Assembly: GCA_030697705.1 (NCBI GenBank)
Contig: JAUYPE010000005.1
Location: forward strand, 602-64,601
Direction of reading: 5' to 3'
Origin: a bacterium
GTDB taxonomy: Bacteria; Patescibacteriota; Minisyncoccia; Sungbacterales; HO2-52-23
Length of the DNA stretch: 64,000 nucleotides
Shown here: in pieces, positions 10,448 through 18,560 of the stretch
Layout: the number at the start of each line of letters is the position of its first letter
Numbering within the stretch: position 1 is the first letter of the stretch
Notes under the pieces: model-generated
Told to the model about the DNA's origin: nothing
The model's database searches: none
Seen by the model: the letters and a program-made list of their open reading frames with translations, nothing else
Made by a program: the position numbers and the translations under genes

Positions 10448-12460
10448 ATGAAAATTACACCTTACGCTAAAAAGGACTTTCACTGGGCGCGATGGAAGCC
10501 GGAGGATATCCGTGCCGTCGTCCCCGCGATTCTTGCCGAAAAAAAACGCCGTTATGCTGAAATCAAAGCTATTCCCGATGCGGAACGGACATTTCAGAAT
10601 ACCGTTGCCGCTCTTGAGCGGGCGGGCTCGGATGTGAGCGACCGCATCCATTGCATTGATTTCTTGATGAATGTGAGTTCGGACGACGCGGTGCGCACCG
10701 CGGCGCATGAGGCGATCAATAAGCTTCGCGCAGAACTTATTGAGCTTGATTACGACAAAGGTATTTGGCGCGCGCTTGTCGCGTATGCAAAAAAACGGCG
10801 GGAGCGGCTTATCGGCGCGGATAAAAAACTTTTTCGCGACACCCTGCGCGACTATCGGCGCATGGGGTTCGTTTTGCCGCCGAAAAAATGCGCTCTCCTC
10901 AAAGAAAACACCAAAAAACTTGCTCAATGGGAAACGTCATTCCAAAAAAATATAAACGACCACTATGATGCGATGGCGCTCCCGCCCGCTGAAACGGACG
11001 GGCTTCCCGTCGCGTATCTTGCCGGACTCAAAAAAGATGCGCGAGGCAATTATCTTGTTTCGCTCGCCTATCCGGATTACTTTCCTTTTCTTCAAAACTC
11101 CCCGCACGAGAACCGACGGCGCGAGCTCATGGACAAATATCTGCATAAGGGCGGTGCGGCGAATATCAGGATTCTCAATAAAATGCTCGCCGTGCGGGAT
11201 AAAAATGCCAAACTGCTCGGCTACCAAAACCATGCGGCATTTCGGACGGAAATAAAAATGGCGAAAAAACCCGAAGCGGTTTTTTCTTTTTTGAACGGTC
11301 TTGTAAAAAAACTGGAAAAAGGAATGGTGCGGGAGCTCTCCGCGGTACGCGCACTGAAGCGCACGATGACAGGCGATTCGCGTGCAGCATTGTTCTACTA
11401 TGACATCGCGTCAAGCGCGGCATCGTACTACATGAACGAACTTAAAAAACAAACTCTCGCGCTTGATGACGAAGAGATTCGCGCCTATTTTCCTTTGAAC
11501 CGCGTTCTTGCCGGCATGTTCGGCATGTATGAAAGATTGCTTTCGGTGAAATTCATCCCGCTCTCCGGCTACCCACTTTGGCACAAAGACGCGATGCTTT
11601 ACGGCATACGCAATAAAAAGGAGAAGGGGAGTGGCATGTGCGCGTACTTCGCCATGGATATGTATCCGCGCGAAGGAAAGTATGGTCATGCCGCGGCATT
11701 TGAAATTTTCGGTGGCCGCGCAGAACAGAGCGGTAAAAATGAGAACTACCGCGCGCCATTTGCTGCACTTGTCTGTAATTTCCGCAAACCCACCAAACAG
11801 GCACCTTCGCTTTTGAGCCATAGCGAAGTAGAGACGCTTTTTCACGAGTTCGGTCACATTATGCATCAAACGCTGACGACCGCGCGCTGGGAATCGCAGT
11901 CCGGCTCCAACGCGGCGCAGGACTTCGTTGAAGCGCCCTCGCAGATGCTGGAGAATTGGGTGTGGGACGAGAGTATTCTTAGACGCCTCTCGGGACACTA
12001 TGAGAATAAAAATAGAAAGCTTCCCAAGCACCTTATCAAAAAACTTGCCATGGCAAAAAATTTCATGGCAAGCTACGATGCAACGCGCCAGTGCGCTCTT
12101 GCTTTGTTTGATATGCGCATTCATACCGAGCGCGTCAAAAAACCCGTTGCGGAACTATTCAGCGAAACCTTCCGCAAATTATTCGGTGCGGATATGCCGT
12201 ACGGTCATCTCTGGCCTGCGGGGTTCGGACACTTGGCGGGGTATGATGCCGGCTACTATGGGTATCTGTGGTCAAAAGTGTATGCGGCGGATATGTTCAC
12301 CCGCTTCGCCCGTACCGGATTATTAGACAAAAAAATGGGCATAGTGTACCGGAAAAATATTTTAGAGGTCGGGTCCAGCCGCGAAGAGCTTGCCTCCCTC
12401 ACCGCGTTCCTCGGCAGAAAACCCAATAATAAGGCATTTCTTAAAGCGCTGGGACTGTAA
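10448..12460 (+). CDS. M3 family zinc metallopeptidase (oligopeptidase A / Dcp-like)
   Basis: 670 aa with HEFGH (LFHEFGHIMHQ) zinc motif and M3-family length/organisation. Confidence 0.85.
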   Translation: MKITPYAKKDFHWARWKPEDIRAVVPAILAEKKRRYAEIKAIPDAERTFQNTVAALERAGSDVSDRIHCIDFLMNVSSDDAVRTAAHEAINKLRAELIELDYDKGIWRALVAYAKKRRERLIGADKKLFRDTLRDYRRMGFVLPPKKCALLKENTKKLAQWETSFQKNINDHYDAMALPPAETDGLPVAYLAGLKKDARGNYLVSLAYPDYFPFLQNSPHENRRRELMDKYLHKGGAANIRILNKMLAVRDKNAKLLGYQNHAAFRTEIKMAKKPEAVFSFLNGLVKKLEKGMVRELSAVRALKRTMTGDSRAALFYYDIASSAASYYMNELKKQTLALDDEEIRAYFPLNRVLAGMFGMYERLLSVKFIPLSGYPLWHKDAMLYGIRNKKEKGSGMCAYFAMDMYPREGKYGHAAAFEIFGGRAEQSGKNENYRAPFAALVCNFRKPTKQAPSLLSHSEVETLFHEFGHIMHQTLTTARWESQSGSNAAQDFVEAPSQMLENWVWDESILRRLSGHYENKNRKLPKHLIKKLAMAKNFMASYDATRQCALALFDMRIHTERVKKPVAELFSETFRKLFGADMPYGHLWPAGFGHLAGYDAGYYGYLWSKVYAADMFTRFARTGLLDKKMGIVYRKNILEVGSSREELASLTAFLGRKPNNKAFLKALGL

Positions 12461-12476
12461 GATATGGTGAATAAAA

Positions 12477-12504
12477 AACCATCCTCATTAATGAGGATGG
12501 TTGA
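12477..12504. terminator. hairpin terminator (AACCATCCTCAT-TA-ATGAGGATGGTT)
   Basis: 12-bp perfect stem after the peptidase stop. Confidence 0.55.
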
Positions 12505-12811
12505 AATCTGTCTTCCTTTGCAGAATATTATTTTTTCTGGCGAGCAACCCGTCGCCATGCCAGCCGCTCTGCGTGATCCAAGCGATCAAGCAGAAAGGTG
12601 AGATAAAAAGGAGCGTTATAGGTAAAATCTATGTGAATATTCATGATGCCTTGACTGGGAGGATTATGCTTAAGATCCTCTTTGATCATCTCAAGGGTGG
12701 TACTTCGCCGTCGTCCAATAACCTCATGATTCATCTCCTTCTCGGCGACACTCTAGATTCAGAACTGTACGAAGCGTAGTAAAAAATGCCGATACTGTCA
12801 ATGCGTGCGGG

Positions 12812-13177
12812 TTGCAGATAGCGGAGCAAATGCCGTATGCTTGGGGTATCAATGGATTCCCTATGGAAGCGCACAAGCCAAAAAAACTAGGAGAACTGCT
12901 GGCAACCGCGATCTGCGGGAACGGGATTTTGAGTTCAACGCTCTATGTCTCGGGGATTGCGATTATTTTTGCCGGTGTATGGGCGCCGCTCGTCATGCTC
13001 GTGGTCGCCGGCGTACTGTGGCTTTACAAAGTCGTGTATACCGAAGTGGTGGAAGCGTTACCGCTTAACGGTGGGGCGTACAATTGTCTCCTGAACGGTA
13101 CGTCAAAAACAATTGCCGCCGCCTACGGCACGCTTTATTTCGTCCGGAAGAAGATCAAAATCCGCCGTAACCGTTAG
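12812..13177 (+). pseudogene. N-terminal fragment (~120 aa) of an APC-family amino-acid permease; truncated
   Basis: KKLGELLATAICGNGILSSTLYVSGIAII...YTEVVEALPLNGGAYNCLLNGTSKTIAAAYG matches the APC TM1-3 consensus, but the ORF stops after 121 aa where ~450 aa would be expected. Confidence 0.55.
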
Positions 13178-13204
13178 GAAAAAAATAGTGCAGAATAACC
13201 TCTT

Positions 13205-14059
13205 ATGTCGTTTTTTATCCCGCTTCTTTCAGCCATATTTCAGGCCGGATCGTTGACTCTGGACAAGATCATCCTTTCATTTCGCCGCATGGGTTGGCGA
13301 GAGTATGTGGGCGTGAGTTTCCCGCTCTCGTTTCTTGTTGTTTTTGCACTTTTTCTCATAGTTCGGCCGCCGCTCACCCTTGCGCTCTTCAGTGGTGGGC
13401 TGGTCTGGCTCCTTGTCGCCTCCATCCTGCTCGCGGCGGGGAGTAATCTCTTTTTTTATTATGCGCTGGATCGCGATCGGCTTGCAGAGCTTGGTATCGC
13501 AGGCCTGCTCAACCGCATTCCGATTATTCTTTTTTCAAGCATATTCTTTGCCGATGAACGACGGTTCGGTATTCTTATCCCCGCGCTTATCGCCAGTACA
13601 GCCATCATTTGGTCCCACTGGGAGCGACATCATCTTAAAATGGCGCGCGGGACGATTATCTTTATCTTGTGGTCATTTCTTGCCGGACCGCTTCTGGCAA
13701 TGACTTCCAAAAGCATCCTCATCGTCATGCATCCCATCAGTTATGACCTCATCCGCACGGGCACCCTGGCGGTTATTTTCGGTCTCGCCTTCTTCCGTCA
13801 TGCGCGGTCTATTCCCCGTGCCGCTGTCCCGCTGCTCCTTGCAACGAACACGCTTACCTCGCTCTCTAATATCCTTTTTTTCTTCAGCTACCAACTTTCC
13901 GGCATTGTCTATACCTCGCTCCTCTTCTCGTTCGAGCCGCTCCTGGTACACTTCAGTGCCGTTTTTTTTCTTAAAGAACGTCTGCACTGGAAAAAATCGA
14001 TTGCTTTCGCCGTTGTCCTCCTCTCCATTCTCGCCGCGCAGTTCTATGGCGCACGCTAG
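13205..14059 (+). CDS. EamA/DMT-superfamily transporter
   Basis: 284 aa, ~10 TM segments, duplicated EamA-like halves. Confidence 0.7.
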   Translation: MSFFIPLLSAIFQAGSLTLDKIILSFRRMGWREYVGVSFPLSFLVVFALFLIVRPPLTLALFSGGLVWLLVASILLAAGSNLFFYYALDRDRLAELGIAGLLNRIPIILFSSIFFADERRFGILIPALIASTAIIWSHWERHHLKMARGTIIFILWSFLAGPLLAMTSKSILIVMHPISYDLIRTGTLAVIFGLAFFRHARSIPRAAVPLLLATNTLTSLSNILFFFSYQLSGIVYTSLLFSFEPLLVHFSAVFFLKERLHWKKSIAFAVVLLSILAAQFYGAR

Positions 14060-14064
14060 ACTCT

Positions 14065-14150
14065 GGGGATAACTTAACTATCCCCCTTGTGGGGATAACT
14101 TAACTATCCCCCTTGTGGGGATAACTTAACTATCCCCCTTGTGGGGATAA
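14065..14150. repeat. tandem array, 3.3 copies of 26-bp unit GGGGATAACTTAACTATCCCCCTTGT; each unit is internally palindromic (GGGGATA...TATCCCC)
   Basis: Exact repeats at 14065-14090, 14091-14116 and 14117-14142, plus a partial 14143-14150. No unique spacers, so not CRISPR. Confidence 0.9.
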
Positions 14151-14192
14151 GTGGTGCGAGACAGTGTTTGTCGCGCATGGTATTATTACGGG

Positions 14193-14456
14193 ATGAAGCC
14201 CGTCACGCTGGAAGTCCTCGCCTCGCCCGGATGCCACACCTGCAAGGCGTTTGAAGAATTTTGGCACACGATAGAGAAAGAATGGCCGAATGTTTTATTC
14301 ACGCACATTGAGGTAACAACACCCGAGGGTGTTGCGATGGCGGGAAAGTATATGATCTTCACCTCGCCGGGCATTATCCTTAATGGCGAATTGTTCGCCG
14401 CTGGCGGATTTGATAAAGAAAAGTTTTTGGCAAAAATTAAAGAACTTTCGCAATGA
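14193..14456 (+). CDS. thioredoxin-fold (glutaredoxin-like) protein with CxxC (SPGCHTC)
   Basis: MKPVTLEVLASPGCHTCKAFEEFWHTIEKEWPNV... Confidence 0.65.
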   Translation: MKPVTLEVLASPGCHTCKAFEEFWHTIEKEWPNVLFTHIEVTTPEGVAMAGKYMIFTSPGIILNGELFAAGGFDKEKFLAKIKELSQ

Positions 14457-14857
14457 AACTATCCTCCGCACGACTTCCCGAATGGTCGCTTCGGCTCGGA
14501 CTTGCCGCTACCTACCTCTATTCCGGGCTTGATCTGGTGCGTCATCCTACGGCATGGTACTGGGCATTGCGACCCTTGCCTGATTTTTTTCAGAGTATCA
14601 TACATACGGTCGGGACGGATCGCTATTTGCGATTGCAAGGCGCGAGTGAACTTGTGTTTGCCGCTGTTTTTCTTGCGTGGTTCCTGCCTTTAAAAATTGT
14701 CCGCATTGTTGCCGCTCTTACCGCACTTGAAATGCTCGCCATTCTCCTTATGGTGGGCACAAACGGCGAGACATTCCGCGATATCGGGATTTTGGGCGCT
14801 GCCGCCGGTCTTTTTTTTCTCATAAAAAAAACTACCAATGCAATGCCCTCAATGTAA
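14453..14857 (+). CDS. DoxX-family membrane protein
   Basis: 134 aa, 4 TM; LAATYLYSGLDLVRHP...; typical DoxX size and hydropathy. 4-nt overlap with the upstream thioredoxin-fold gene. Confidence 0.6.
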   Translation: MKLSSARLPEWSLRLGLAATYLYSGLDLVRHPTAWYWALRPLPDFFQSIIHTVGTDRYLRLQGASELVFAAVFLAWFLPLKIVRIVAALTALEMLAILLMVGTNGETFRDIGILGAAAGLFFLIKKTTNAMPSM

Positions 14858-15377
14858 CCAACCGCTTGAAACGAAGCACCACCAGGAGCTGGATCTTCAT
14901 CACTGCATACAATGCGGGGGGTTGTGGTTTTCTCATAACGAACTGTCCGAGGCGATTGCGAAGGAGGATCCCGTTTTACAATGGATTGCGACGGATATTT
15001 TCAGTGATCCTCAACGCTTTCAGGGGACGGTAAGCTCGTGTCGGTGTCCTGTGGACAAACTGCCCCTTCGCACGCTAACCTATGACGGAACTTCGGTGAA
15101 GGTGGATGTCTGCGCGCTGTGCAAAGGAATATGGTTGGACAAGGGTGAGTTTGAGAGCATTCGTGCAAAATTAAAAGAGCGAATCGCCGCAGAAGACCTC
15201 CCGAGCTTCATACGTTACTTCGGCAAAGAGATGGCGGAGGTGGTAACCGGAGAGAAGGGGATAGGGGAGGAGTTGGCGGACATTGGTGCTGTAGGGAAAT
15301 TATTGGAATACCGTATTCTTGCCGAGTGGCCAATTCTTGAGGATATCCTCTTCGTCGTGGAAGAAAATATTGGTTAA
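14838..15377 (+). CDS. zinc-ribbon protein with two zf-TFIIB-like CxxC...CxxC modules
   Basis: MQCPQCNQPLE...HHCIQCGGLWFSHNEL and CRCPVDKLP...VCALCKGIWLDKGEF. Confidence 0.55.
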   Translation: MQCPQCNQPLETKHHQELDLHHCIQCGGLWFSHNELSEAIAKEDPVLQWIATDIFSDPQRFQGTVSSCRCPVDKLPLRTLTYDGTSVKVDVCALCKGIWLDKGEFESIRAKLKERIAAEDLPSFIRYFGKEMAEVVTGEKGIGEELADIGAVGKLLEYRILAEWPILEDILFVVEENIG

Positions 15378-15414
15378 GTTAAGATGGCGTATAGCCACCG
15401 TACCTCAAAAAGCC

Positions 15415-17679
15415 ATGCCCGAACAAACACAAACTCCCGGAGCAAGGATCATACTTGCCGCGAGCGCGGTGGTGCTTCTTGCCGTCACGGTCATCGGGCT
15501 TGCATGGTTTTTTACGACGACGCTTGATGTGAATGATGCGGCGAGTGGACTTGAGCAGTCCGGTGCTACGATTGGATTGGGTTGGTTTATTTTTAGCTTT
15601 GCCGCAGGCCTCACGATGATCGTTTTGCCGTGTACACTTCCCCTTGCCTTCGTCATCGTCCCGCTCACGATGAGCAAGGGACCAAGAAAAGGTCTCGGTA
15701 TCGCGCTCTCTTTCGGTCTTGGTGTCGCCATCACCTTGAGCTTGTACGGCATTGCCGCCGCCACCATCGGTAAAGTCGCCATCGGCACACTGGGCGCCCC
15801 ACTAGAAGTCGTTAAAAACTGGCTCTACTTCGGTGCTGGTTCGTTTGCCTATCTCTTTGCGCTCGGCGGACTGGGGCTCATCAGCTTTCGCATGCCGAGC
15901 TACACTGGCTCGGCCCCCGCATTTATTCAGAAACAGCAGGATTATCTTAAAGCGCTTTTGCTCGGTCTTTTTCTCGGTAACGTCGGCGTGGGATGCCCGC
16001 ATCCGGCAACGCCGTTTATTCTGGGTCGCATCGCCGTCTCGGAAAGCATCACCTCCGGCTGGCTGCTTTTCTTCGTCCATGCCGTCGGACGCGTTATCCC
16101 GCTCTTGCTTCTCGCCGTGTTAGCACTTCTCGGCGTCAATGGCCTCTCGTGGCTCGTCACGCGCAAAGACAAGATAGAACGCGCCACGGGGTGGGGGATG
16201 GTCTTTGTCGCCGGATTTATTTTGATCCTTGGTCTCTTCAGCCATGACTGGTGGGTCAACTCCGGCCAACACACGCTCCTTGAGGAGATCACGCAAGAAC
16301 AATATTTCTTGGGAAAAATCATTAGGAACTTCAATTTCGCCGGTGTACCGCATCCGCATGGCATAGAAACGGGGACCGGTTTGTTCGGACTTCCTTTATG
16401 GCTTGGCAACTGGGCGCTTGCGGCGTTATGGATAGTGCCGTTGTGGTGGTATTATCAGCGCAAGAAAAAAACTATGGCGACGCTTTCTGAAGAAGATAAA
16501 AAATGCGAGGAGCGCATTTTGCCGTGGCGATTGTGGCTGAATGTATCACTCTCCGTGCTTATCGCCCTTGTCGTCATACGGGTTTTGCCGGATAGATTTT
16601 TGAATCAGTTTGGTTTTATAGACGCACCAATGGAGAATGTGCTCGTGCATGAAGACAAGCACGGGGAAGGTGGCGAACATAGTGCTGCTGTGTATCGCGA
16701 GGCAAAAGATGTGCAAATGGGATTAAGTTCTGATTGGTCTGATCTGACGTCCATTTTTGGACCCATTACGACCGGCTCCACTACGCCGCTCATATTTTTG
16801 ACGAGTGAGAAACCGGCTGGTGCGGTAATTTCATCCCCGGACTTAGAGAAAGAGCATACGAAGTATATGCATGTCATTGGTGTTCGTGATGATCTTAATG
16901 AATTTTTTCATGTTCATCCCGATGAAGATTATCCGGGAGAGTGGCTTGCGAGCCATATCTTTGCCAAACCCGGTCGCTACAAAATCTGGTCTGAAATAAG
17001 AAAAGACGGAACGAATTATGTATTTGGACAAGAGCCGATTGAGGTGACGGGCGAGGGCGATGTCGGGCAAGGTATTGAGCCGATATTTGTGAACACGACG
17101 ATTGCGGGAGATTATCTGGTTGAATTTCTTCACGATCCACTTATCGTGCAAAAACAAGAAGCGCATATTGGCTTTACTATTCGTGATGCGAAGGGAAGAG
17201 AGGTACCTCTTGAGCCGTATATTGCCGCCTCCATGCACTTGAATATCATCAAGAGCGACTGGAAGGAGGAGATTCATGTCCATCCTGAAGAAAATGGGCA
17301 CATGACGCAGAACTCCGGCTTGCCCACATTTATTTCGGTAGCCCTAGCCAATGCACAGGATGCGCATGATGATGATTCCTTTGATGATGATCACGAGGAT
17401 ATTCCTTTGCGCGAAAGCTCGGGTGCGGCGGAACAGGCGCAAGTCCATTTCACGGTGGCATTCCCCGAACCCGGTCTTTACAAGGCATTTGCACAGTTCC
17501 GTCCATCTGGGACAACTCTTTCTCCCGAGGAGGCGGTTGTCGCCAGTTTTTGGATCAAGGTGGAAGAAAAAGCCCCTTCCGCAAATCCTCGCGTTGTCCT
17601 TGCTCTTGCCTCGCTTGTCCTTATCGCATTGTTGTCCTGGGGTATAAAAAAATATCTGGAACCGACAAGTGCACCATGA
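15415..17679 (+). CDS. CcdA/DsbD_2-type transmembrane thiol-disulfide transporter fused to a large extracytoplasmic His-rich tandem-domain region (HVHPDEDY / HVHPEENGH)
   Basis: N-terminal TM domain with VLPCTLPLAFVIVPL and a second Cys region (GVGCPHPATPF). The C-terminal ~380 aa has two repeats each carrying MHxI/L...HVHP(D/E)E plus an acidic DAHDDDSFDDDHED stretch and a final TM anchor. Confidence 0.7.
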   Translation: MPEQTQTPGARIILAASAVVLLAVTVIGLAWFFTTTLDVNDAASGLEQSGATIGLGWFIFSFAAGLTMIVLPCTLPLAFVIVPLTMSKGPRKGLGIALSFGLGVAITLSLYGIAAATIGKVAIGTLGAPLEVVKNWLYFGAGSFAYLFALGGLGLISFRMPSYTGSAPAFIQKQQDYLKALLLGLFLGNVGVGCPHPATPFILGRIAVSESITSGWLLFFVHAVGRVIPLLLLAVLALLGVNGLSWLVTRKDKIERATGWGMVFVAGFILILGLFSHDWWVNSGQHTLLEEITQEQYFLGKIIRNFNFAGVPHPHGIETGTGLFGLPLWLGNWALAALWIVPLWWYYQRKKKTMATLSEEDKKCEERILPWRLWLNVSLSVLIALVVIRVLPDRFLNQFGFIDAPMENVLVHEDKHGEGGEHSAAVYREAKDVQMGLSSDWSDLTSIFGPITTGSTTPLIFLTSEKPAGAVISSPDLEKEHTKYMHVIGVRDDLNEFFHVHPDEDYPGEWLASHIFAKPGRYKIWSEIRKDGTNYVFGQEPIEVTGEGDVGQGIEPIFVNTTIAGDYLVEFLHDPLIVQKQEAHIGFTIRDAKGREVPLEPYIAASMHLNIIKSDWKEEIHVHPEENGHMTQNSGLPTFISVALANAQDAHDDDSFDDDHEDIPLRESSGAAEQAQVHFTVAFPEPGLYKAFAQFRPSGTTLSPEEAVVASFWIKVEEKAPSANPRVVLALASLVLIALLSWGIKKYLEPTSAP

Positions 17680-17682
17680 TCC

Positions 17683-17795
17683 TCCCTCTCTGTCATGCAG
17701 AGCGAAGCGACTGCCAGCAGGCGTCCCGTGAGGGAAGCATCCCGATACCTACAGGTATCTAACGGGATTCCTCGTTTCACTCGGAATGACGGGGG
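17683..17795. repeat. intergenic modular palindromic element, family 'GTCATTCCGAG...CGAGGAATCCCGT' (copy A; motif in minus orientation at 17763-17793 plus shared module GAGCGACTGCCAGYAGGCGTCCCGTGAGGGA)
   Basis: Sequence shared with copies at 21536-21610, 34786-34920, 50341-50482 and 31191-31312. Confidence 0.6.
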
Positions 17796-17801
17796 TTCTC
17801 T

Positions 17802-18239
17802 ATGAACAAATACATTATTCTCATCATCCTCGCCGTTGTTATTATAGGCGGAGGCATCGGCTACCGCGTCTATTTTTTGCCGGAAACATCGGTTCCCGTG
17901 ACGACAGGTAAGACCCGCGAGATTACGATTACCGCAAAAAGAGATGAGTGGCGTTTTGATCCTGAATTCGTGGAGGTTGACCGCGGCGACAAGGTAATCC
18001 TTCACATGGTGAATGAGGATGAGTACGACCACGGTATCGCGATTGACAAGTACGGCATCTCCCAGCGCATGCCGCCCAACGCCACCACGCATATTGAATT
18101 CGTCGCGACACAAGAAGGCGACTTTCCCCTTTACTGCTCGGTACCCTGCGGTGAGGGCGAGGTGGATGGAAAACATCGTGGGCATGTGGACATGGTGGGC
18201 AAGCTCCATGTCAGGAGTTTAATTTCCAACACACAATAA
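17802..18239 (+). CDS. cupredoxin-like (plastocyanin/azurin-fold) copper-binding protein, N-terminal TM anchor
   Basis: HMVNEDEYDHGIAI...FPLYCSVPCGEGEVDGKHRGHVDM gives an H...C...H...M ligand pattern. Confidence 0.65.
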   Translation: MNKYIILIILAVVIIGGGIGYRVYFLPETSVPVTTGKTREITITAKRDEWRFDPEFVEVDRGDKVILHMVNEDEYDHGIAIDKYGISQRMPPNATTHIEFVATQEGDFPLYCSVPCGEGEVDGKHRGHVDMVGKLHVRSLISNTQ

Positions 18240-18251
18240 AATCAAGGCGCC

Positions 18252-18551
18252 ATGATTTCATTTCTGAAACCGAATTTTACGAAGATCATATTGTCCCTTG
18301 CACTTTTCTTATTCATTCTGCCGGGTTTTGAGACGATTTGCGTCGATTTTGAATTTGGCGGATATTGTAGTCCTACAGTAGTTCCTCTCGGTGGCACTTT
18401 CTTTCTCATAAAAGTTGTGGGCCAAGAATTATCATATTTGATAGCACAGAAATGGTTTATGCGAGACATCCTTTATTTCCCCGTTGCCTCATATTTTTTC
18501 TCATGTGTAATTGTTTTTGTTGTGCAGAGGATAAGCACAAGAAAAAAATAA
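18252..18551 (+). CDS. small hydrophobic hypothetical protein (AT-rich ORF)
   Basis: 99-aa ORF with 2-3 TM segments; no SD evident. Confidence 0.3.
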   Translation: MISFLKPNFTKIILSLALFLFILPGFETICVDFEFGGYCSPTVVPLGGTFFLIKVVGQELSYLIAQKWFMRDILYFPVASYFFSCVIVFVVQRISTRKK

Positions 18552-18560
18552 TCTAAGTTT

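Noticed and set aside
12501-12779. Overlapping small ORFs 12528-12734 (-) and 12501-12779 (+) after the M3 peptidase
   Set aside because: Neither has an SD or recognisable motif and they mutually overlap. Possibly a decayed gene; not enough evidence to call.
14065-14150. Possible CRISPR array
   Set aside because: The units are directly abutting identical repeats with no unique spacers, and no cas genes are adjacent (the Cas4-like gene is 13 kb away and orphan).
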